From the human T2T-CHM13v2.0 reference genome, Homo sapiens, in NCBI RefSeq assembly GCF_009914755.1, contig NC_060926.1: a DNA stretch of 64,000 nt; one strand, 5' to 3'. Made by a program: the position numbers and the translations under genes. Numbering within the stretch: the stretch's first letter is position 1; each line of letters starts with the position of its first letter. Positions 54,835 to 64,000 of this stretch are shown one piece after another. A model generated the notes under the pieces. That model did not search any database and was not told the origin of the DNA. It saw only the letters and a list, made by a program, of their open reading frames with translations.

Positions 54835-56849
54835 TCAGAATCCCTCCAGCGGCTCCCACTGCACTCAGAATGCTGTCCTCACTCTTTCCTGTGGCCCCCA
54901 AGGCCCTGCCTGATCAGAACCTGCAAACTCTCCACACTTACCCCTCCCCATCCCTCTTAGCTCATTATGTTCCAGCCACACTGGCCGTTCTTCCCTTTCT
55001 CATCCATCTCATCCCATCTCATAGGGCTTTCTGCCTGGAATACTCTCAATCTGATCAACTGTGGCCAGCAAGGAAGTGGCAAGATGGGAAACCAGAACCA
55101 TTTTGCCTACAAAAAACTTTCAATGGGCCTGGCTTTTCAGAAAAGAGAAGACCAGCAAGGGCTGGTGCCATCAGGGAGAGGTTCAGCAGGGAGGCAAGCC
55201 TTGGCCTAGGCCTACAGGAATTAACTAGACTGAGACAGAAGCACAGGAAGGAGGGAGGGAAGGGATAGGGAGGGTGGACACCCACGAGAGCTGGGTCTGC
55301 AATCTCTCCTCCAGTTACTGTCTCTGTGACCTTGGGAAGTGACTTAACCTCTCTCCCTCAACTGAGAGTTAGCTGTCTGGCTGTCTATTCTGCAAAACTG
55401 TGATGCCATTTTACGGATCTAATGGACTAAAATAAGTAAAGCACTAAGCTCTGTGCCAGGCATACTTTTAGCACTCAAAAAAGAATAGCTACCACTTTGG
55501 TAGCAAAGTGAAGACAACGTTGTATGTCCATGGGGCAGTAAGAGCTGACTTTTAGATCTGGCCTCCACAACCTTGAATCCTCGGGTAAACCATTTCTGCT
55601 CACTGGGTCTCTGGTTACTTTTCCCACCTATAAAATATAGGGGTTACATAGCAGAGGCATCCTTAACTATTTGAGGAGACAGGGCCCTATTTTTCAGTGT
55701 AATAGAAGCCATGGTCTTTTCTTCCCCAGAAATAGATGCAAAATTCTGCTCACAGGATCTAGGATCCAGTGCCACCCTGGGGCCACAGGAGGCACCTGGC
55801 TGTTAAGAGGAGAGGGCGCCTCTCTGAAAGATGAGCTCACACTGGCAGACCTGTCTGGCAGCAAATAAATCTATGATACTCTCCCTTCTCCCTCCCAGCT
55901 ACCCCTCAGGGGGCCAAAGCTGGCTCCTCAGCTCTGCCAGCCTCTGCCCACCCCATGCCGAGCACAGTCAGGAGGCATGCTGTGCAGAGGGACTCCATAA
56001 TTGGTCCCTGCTCTGTTTGTACTTCAAACAACAACCTTGAGATGTGTTCTCTGGACGTGCCGCCTGGCTCTGGCTGCCATAACGCTCAGCCGGGAAACAC
56101 ATCTCCAGAGATCCACAGCACTGGGGAAAAGCTAGGCATTCTTCAGCTGATGCCCAGGAGCTGAAGGTGTTTGAAACGGGCAGGGGCAAAGAAGGGTGGG
56201 GAACGCCAGTCTGCTCAGGAAATTCTCTACTCCTTGGTGACAGTTTCCAGTACAGAAGATATCTCCTCATTCTCTTTGCAGAGCCGACCAACAGATAAGC
56301 GCTGGGGATTTATGTCTTTAGACCTGTATTTAATTTTTCACACTGCTGCTGGAATGGCTCTTCTAAGACACGGTTGGATCCCACTCACAGAATAAAGGCC
56401 AAGTTCTTTGCCGTGGTCTGCAAGTACTGCCCTGGACTTTTGGTCTGGCTTAACCCTGGTTCCCACACACTGGCATCCTTCCATTAAACTGCCACCACCA
56501 TGACTTTAAGGAAGCAAGCAAATCTGGTCCCTGCAACCTAATAGTGTCCCCTCTTCTTATGGCAGCACCTATAGTTACCTGTTTATTGGGTCTCTTCCAC
56601 AAAACAGCGTGTGTCCTGGAGGCAGGAGTGTGGCTTTTCTCTCTGAGAGGTTGGTAATAAAAACTGCTCACAGCCTCAGTGCAGCTCTCCCTTCCCACCT
56701 CACTCCACCAAGGCCCTCAGGCTACAGACAAGGGGACAGACACAGAACTCACAGCCCTCAAACTATGCCTTGTGGAGGAAATGAACAGGCTCAGACATGG
56801 TGAAAAAAGGGTTAAGAATGAACTTGCCCTGAATCAGGGTGTGTAGGTC

Positions 56850-58130
56850 AAGCAAGATGCAAAGGAACTGCATGGCAATGATGCAAACATGCCCCTGTGG
56901 GGGTGGGGCCAAAACCAAAACCAAACAAACCAACAAAATGGAACACAGTATGAAAAAAAATCCAAAAACAACACCACCCACACACACAAAACAAAAACCC
57001 CAGTCTAAATAAAAACAACTAAACAAATGGAAGGAAATTACCCAAACGTGCTTCATGCTATGGAATAGCTTAAAAGCATGAATTTAATAAAATAAGAGCT
57101 AAAGGATTAGATGATTAAATAAAGCAATGGAATAAAGAATGATAAAACTGAGAACCACAAAACACTTTTGCAGAACCAATAAATACATGTTGAAACTCCA
57201 AGAAGCAGTGCAGGCACAGCAGGAAATCTAATTACTGATACCAACTAAAGGGTTCCAGTCCTGGCTCTGACACTCTTGAGCAGTGGGACCTTGGGCAAGT
57301 CACTGGGACTCAGAGGAGAAAGATTTAAATTATTAAAGCAACTACAGGAGAGAATAAAATGTATAGAAAGAGCAAAGGTGATCCAACATCAGAAAACTGG
57401 TGAACCTGAAGCAGAGAAACAGATGGAACACACAAAACAGTCTTCATCTTTTTAAATAAAAACCTCCTGAGATGAATAAAGATCTGAGTCTGCACATCAA
57501 AATTGCACACCACATTCCATAAAAAATTGATACAAAGGGATTGACACGAAGATGTTTCCTGGTTTAGGTATCGAACTTCCAAATGCAAGAAAGAAATCAT
57601 CAAGCACCCAGGCAGAACCAACAAGTCACCTACAGAAGGGGAAATGTTCAGCTGACCTCAAACTTCCCCGCGGCAGCTTTCCATGTCAGCGGATAATGAA
57701 GCAACACCCACGGGGCTGAGTCCAAGTGTGACCAGAAGCATTTTAACCTGCTGAGGTGCCGTTCAAGTACGGACAGCAGGAGTGTGATATTCCCACATCC
57801 AAGCTCAGGGATGACAGCACCTATGAGCCCATTTTGAAGCAGCCACTAGAATCCACTATGGCAGACTTCTAATTTGGACCCCAGTCTGTCTGGCCCATGC
57901 TCTTTCTGTTAATGCCATTTCTGCTTTATATATGAATTTTGTTCCCACATGCAGTCAATGAAGAGGTGGTTCAAAATAAAAAACCCAAGAATGGAGCAGA
58001 AGAACCAGTAGAGCACTGAATCTATGTAATTACAAAACTAAAAGTAAACAGCTATGGGAATGGTCATGAAACACTACAAAAGTGTTATAGACTCTGACAA
58101 TCTAAAAATAACGATTGTGCAGACAATGGC
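56850..58130 (+). mobile_element. Old L1/HAL1-like ORF1-region remnant
   Basis: A-rich; gatctgagtctgcacatcaaa...aaagaaatcatcaagcacccaggcag...aagtcacctacagaagggg...tcaaacttc. Confidence 0.65.
57856..57950 (+). repeat. 95-bp exact direct repeat, copy A
   Basis: Identical (95/95) to 61244-61338. Confidence 0.97.
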
Positions 58131-58214
58131 TTTAAGTTTCTGTCCCTGTAAGATTTCATGAAAGCTGCACTTAAGGAATGAAAACAGATGAACCTAAATT
58201 TTCTCAAGACCTAT

Positions 58215-58400
58215 GCTCTGACACTGGCTCCACTACTTACTGTTTATGTGATTTGGAGGAAGCTGCTTAACCTGTTTGAACCTCAGTTCCATCACCTGTA
58301 AAATGGGGAGAATAATGCCTATTTCACAGGGTTTTAAGAATTAAATGAAAATACTGTAGGTAAAAAGCAGTGGCTTGCACATAGTAAATGTCAATTAAGA
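58215..58400 (+). mobile_element. MIR SINE
   Basis: cttaacctgtttgaacctcagttccatcacctgtaaaatggggagaataatgcctatttcacagggtt. Confidence 0.85.
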
Positions 58401-59035
58401 GGAGAAGCTGACTAAAGATGAGAATAAAAGTGAACATCTCCCTTCCCCCTTCCTCCCCAAAAAAGGCAAGGGGGTACCCATCAGCTCTGGATCTGGATAG
58501 CTAGTGAGGCTCTGGGCTCTCCAGTAGGTTGCTGTATCAATTCACAATGTTGCAACTCATTGCAGGGAGAAGCCCCTCCCACAGAGAGGCATTGGGCCCC
58601 CAGTTTCCAACCACACAGAGAGCAAACTCTTTTCCCCAGGACTGAGGCAGAGAAACTGAAGACTGAAGGAAAAGCAAGCCTTCACCTCCTGGCAGGGGCA
58701 TGGTGAGAAGCAGTGTGGATCCAGCTGCTTGCCAGTGGATGCCCCCTTCTGAAGGCCTGAACAGGTCCCCATATGACTAGCCCTGAGGAACGCAGCATGC
58801 TGGGACACACGATACATGTAGGTCAGCAAGTCAGATTCTAGACCCAATCTATCTGCCACCCACTAGCAGTGTGACCTTGAGCAAGTCACTTGAACTCTCC
58901 CTATTTCCTCATCGTAGAATAAGAGGGTAGGAGTCAATGATCCCTAAAGCACCCCTGCGTTTACCATGTATATAGAGTGCAAAGTTCTGTGTGGGTTGTA
59001 CCCTTACACCAGTCTTTCCTGCCATAATTAATTCA

Positions 59036-60070
<1,035 letters not shown>

Positions 60071-60233
60071 TAACCAGAGCCACTGGGATCATCCCACCAG
60101 ACAAGCTGCCTAAACGAGACCTTGAAGCAGGCTGAGGGGGCATGAAATCTAGAATGGGTAGAGGAGGAAGGAGATGATGAGAGTCACAAACAATTGCAGC
60201 AGCAGGGCCTAGAGTTTGCTCTACTAGCCCTTC

Positions 60234-60620
60234 TGCATGGATCCGCTCGGGCTACCATCACAAAACACCATAGACCACGGGGCTTAAACAACAGAAGTTT
60301 ATTTTCTCACAGCTCTGGACGCTGGCAGTCCAAGATCAACGTGCGAACAGGGTTAGTTTCTCCTGAGGCCTCTCCACTTGGCCCGCAGATGGCCGTCTTC
60401 TGGCTGAGTCCTCATGTGGTTTTTTCTCTGTGTGTACATCCCCAATGTCTCTTTCTGGATTTCTAATCTTCCCTTCTTGTAAGGACACCAATCAGATTGT
60501 ATTATGCCAACCTTGATTACCTCCTTATAGGCCATCTCTCCAAATACAGTCACATGGGGGTTAGAGCTCCAACGTATGAATGGTAGAGGGTAGAGAAGGG
60601 ACACAATTCAGGCGATTACA
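60234..60620 (-). mobile_element. MaLR solo LTR (MLT1A/B-like)
   Basis: ggcttaaacaacagaagtttattttctcacagctctgga...gtccaagatcaa...tctccaaatacagtcacat...gacacaattca. Confidence 0.88.
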
Positions 60621-60694
60621 CCTTTCCTTACAGAGCTTCCTAGAAACTGGGACTAAACAGAATCCCAGAGAAGCTGTACCAGGATAGAGGGATG

Positions 60695-61050
60695 AACCAC
60701 AGTGGGTGCCACTGTGCCCCACACGAACTCCTTCCACTGGGCCTGCACACCCATCTCTCAGCTGCTAGGAGTGCTGGCTGCAAACTTCTACAGAGACCTG
60801 CCCCCCAGAACAAGACCTGCCTCTCCTGGGAGGTATATCCCCAACTCCAGGGAGCAACTGGTGCCAGTGGCTGAGCAATCTCTTCTCCAAGGCTCCCCTT
60901 GGAACCAGGTTGAAATCTCCTACTATGAGATACATCCTTGCAGAGCATCTTCCCCCGCCTGCCCTGTCTTGCTTCCCTCACTCCCCTCCTCCTGGGAGTG
61001 CTCTCATTAAATTTACAAGGCTCTGCTTCTATGGAATCTGACTCAAGACA
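60695..61050 (+). mobile_element. LTR16-like ERVL LTR remnant
   Basis: cagctgctaggagtgctggctg...gctctgcttctatggaatctgactcaagaca terminus. Confidence 0.6.
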
Positions 61051-61243
61051 CAAAGCACTACCTACAAAGCTTAGGATAGTGCCTGGCACACAAAAGGGAT
61101 CACGAGGTGTTAGCTATCATCCTCACAACATACCACGCTCTGTGCTGGACGAACCGTACACATTATTCACTGAATCCTCAAAAACCCTGCAAGGCAAATA
61201 ATGTGATGATCACTTTATGGTTAAGCAAGGGTCTCAAAGCTAG

Positions 61244-61338
61244 CTATGGCAGACTTCTAATTTGGACCCCAGTCTGTCTGGCCCATGCTCTTTCTGTTAA
61301 TGCCATTTCTGCTTTATATATGAATTTTGTTCCCACAT
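61244..61338 (+). repeat. 95-bp exact direct repeat, copy B (overlaps end of a degenerate MIR)
   Basis: Identical (95/95) to 57856-57950. Confidence 0.97.
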
Positions 61339-62463
61339 TTTCAGAAAGGTTCCTAAGACTCTAATCTTCCTCCATGTCCATGGCCTTCAACAGATATGAC
61401 TTGGCCCCTGGCCCCTTGCAAGCCAGGATGTTCTTCCTGTAAGCCATCAGGCCTGCTAGCAGTGACTGTGGCCACTCAGCATATACCTGCCATCTTCTGT
61501 TCCCTTGCCCACAATAGGCATTGCTGATGGGCCCTTCCAATATGAATTCTCCTAACTCCACTATGATCTTAATGACAGCTAAATTTACTGTAAATAATAC
61601 ATATAACAGAGTACCCATTTTTATAAATATTTAAATTTCCTAGTGAGAAAACACAAGATTTTAATCATTACCTGCAGGGGATCCAGGTTCTTAGATAGAT
61701 TAATGAAGTAAAGGGTTTAAAGACTGGGACCCTTTGCTCCAAGTATTGAGTCAGGGGAGAGTCAGACAGGAGCAAAATCTGTCACCCTTCACTACTCCCT
61801 GGGGGCCCACTCTGCAAGAAAATCCTCTTTAGCCTCTGCCCAAATCTTGCAGTCCACAGAGACCACCTGAGAAGGCCTAGAAAGCCCAGCACCTCTCACC
61901 TGGAGAGACGCCAGCACCGCTGCACAGGGCACAATGGAATGGCTGAGAAAGAGGGCGCTTGATGAAATTAAAAGGCAACCAATTTAAAAGAGATTAAGCA
62001 GGGAAAAGGGGATTTAATGATCAGCTTTTGCCACTGTGAACTAACTGAACCCACTGGCATGGAGACTAATAGTTTAATATGTTGTTCAACAAGGGTGAGA
62101 TGTCTGTGTGAGTAATAAGGGCACCTGTAGTTATGGTGACAAGGGTAAAATTGTCCTCGCCACAGGGCCTCGGCCTTGGGGGCTGTACTCCACTCATTTC
62201 CCGAGTACGGTCAGGGCCAGCCACTCAGCACTTCCCAGCCTCAGGAGAAACAATTTTCACGACAAGAAAGGGGCCTGATGATGTGTAAGCAGAAGAAATC
62301 CTTGGAGAGCAAGTAGCAAGAAGGGTGAGACAGAGGCTCGCAGATTTAACACAAACAGGGCAGCAGGGCCCTCCAGGTACCCCTGGCCCAGGCCGAGAAA
62401 GAGCCAGCTCCGAAGGACTTGAGAGGAATGACTACCATATATTATTCACTCTTGCTAAAGAGT

Positions 62464-62809
62464 TGTATTAGTTTGTTTTCACACTGCTATAAAGATGTAC
62501 CTGAGACTGGGTAATTTATAAAGAAAAGAGGTTTAACTGACTCACGTTCCACAGGGCTAGGGAGGTCTCAAGAAACTTAACAATCATAGCGGAAGGGGAA
62601 GAGGCATGTCTTACATGGCAGCAGGTGACAGAGAGTGGTAGGCAAATGAGGAAAAGCCCCTTATAAAACCATCAGATGTCATAAGAACTCACTGTCACAT
62701 GAACACCGCCCCCGTGATCCAGTCACGTCCCATCAGGTCTCTCCCTTGACACGTGGGGATTAAAATTTGAGATGAGATTTGGGTGGGGACACAAAGCCAA
62801 ATCATATCA
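62464..62809 (-). mobile_element. THE1/MST-type MaLR solo LTR
   Basis: tgtattagtttgttttcacactgctataaag...cctgagactgggtaatttataaagaaaagagg...gggtggggacacaaagccaaatcatatca; TSD agagt/agaat. Confidence 0.92.
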
Positions 62810-64000
62810 AGAATCCAGAAGGGGTGGGGACTGCTTTTTTTATTTTATTATTTTTAAGGTATTTGACAAATGACATCTGGAAAAGTGAGGGCTTCTGGGG
62901 ATGGAAGGATGGAAATGAGTTGGTGAGGAAATTTGTGCAGGTTCTTTGGGATGACAACAACAAAAAAGCAAAACTAATTTTACTCAGCACACGGCCCTCA
63001 TGACCTTTCATTGTGGCCTGCAGGCTCAGCAGCTGTGTGGTGGGGCCTGCGACCTCTACCTAGCTCAGGCCCTGCAGAGCACAGAGAGCTTCTCAGTGAG
63101 TGGTCATTAGACAAGAGAATGAATGAGTGACCCCAGGCCCCCTCACAAATGACAGCGTGAAGGGGGCCGGTGATGGGGACTCAGTTGTCTCCAGGTACTA
63201 TGCTCAGTGCTTTATTGGGCACCATCTCACATCATCCTGAGAACAACTCCATGAGGCAGGAGAGATTAAGTATGTCCCCAGGGCCACAGCCTGGCATAAG
63301 GCAGCCAGACTTCAACTCAGGGCTCCTAAACCACCACTCATATGTCTCACTTCTGGGACAGAAGCCCCAGAGTAGGCAACTCTCAGAGAGGACAGAACTG
63401 CGATGCCTCCACTCAGCCCTTCTGCTGACACTCTATTTCAACTTGAAATAATGTCGTCTTAATTTAAATTCCAGCTTGGGTTGAGAATTTGTTGGTATCA
63501 GAGTTTATTTTGAGTGGGTTTTGCTTTAATTTTCATTTGAAAGGAAGCCTTCTTTCCAGAACTGCAGAGCCTAGTACCTGACACCTAACTCACCTGCCCC
63601 AGCCACACTGTCATTTTGAGGGGACTTGGGCTCATTCATTCTCTTATCTAATGACCACTCTCTGAGAAGCTATCTGTGCTCTGCAGGGCCTCAGCTAAGC
63701 AGAAGAACACGGGTCCACCACACAGCCCCACAACCCAGTCCTGCACTCAAGGAGCCTACAGTCATGAGGATGATGACGGGATAGTCCCAGGGGGAACCAG
63801 GGTTTCTCATGGAGGTTAAGTGGCTATCGCTGTCTTTCCAGACTGGACCTTCCTGGGAGTGGCAGCTTGAGGCAGAGGAAAGAATGAATACTGGATTCTA
63901 GTCCCAGCTCTGCACTCACTCACTGTGTGACCCCAGAAGACCTACTTGGAACATCAGACTGTCCCTCTGTAAAGTGGGCATCATGATTCCTGGCCTGCCC

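Overview
Primate (human or very close great ape) genomic DNA lying entirely inside the GALNT14 gene (polypeptide N-acetylgalactosaminyltransferase 14) on the minus strand. Four coding exons are present: 37049-37218, 10462-10560, 2654-2721 and 169-234 (exons 2-5 by recalled gene structure). All have GT-AG boundaries and splice into one frame: [134 protein letters not shown](G). The supplied ORF track misses them and its ORFs appear to be noise. The rest is intron rich in Alu, MIR, L2, old L1, MaLR/ERVL LTRs and DNA transposon MITEs; repeat boundaries and subfamilies are by eye and approximate. I see no evidence of a new multi-gene system. The best oddities are a perfect 95-bp duplication 3388 bp apart, a head-to-head Alu pair 30 bp apart, a tailless Alu with a perfect 16-bp TSD, unusual splice signals around exon 2, serial L1+Alu insertion into one target site, and a sense-oriented LTR poly(A) signal.
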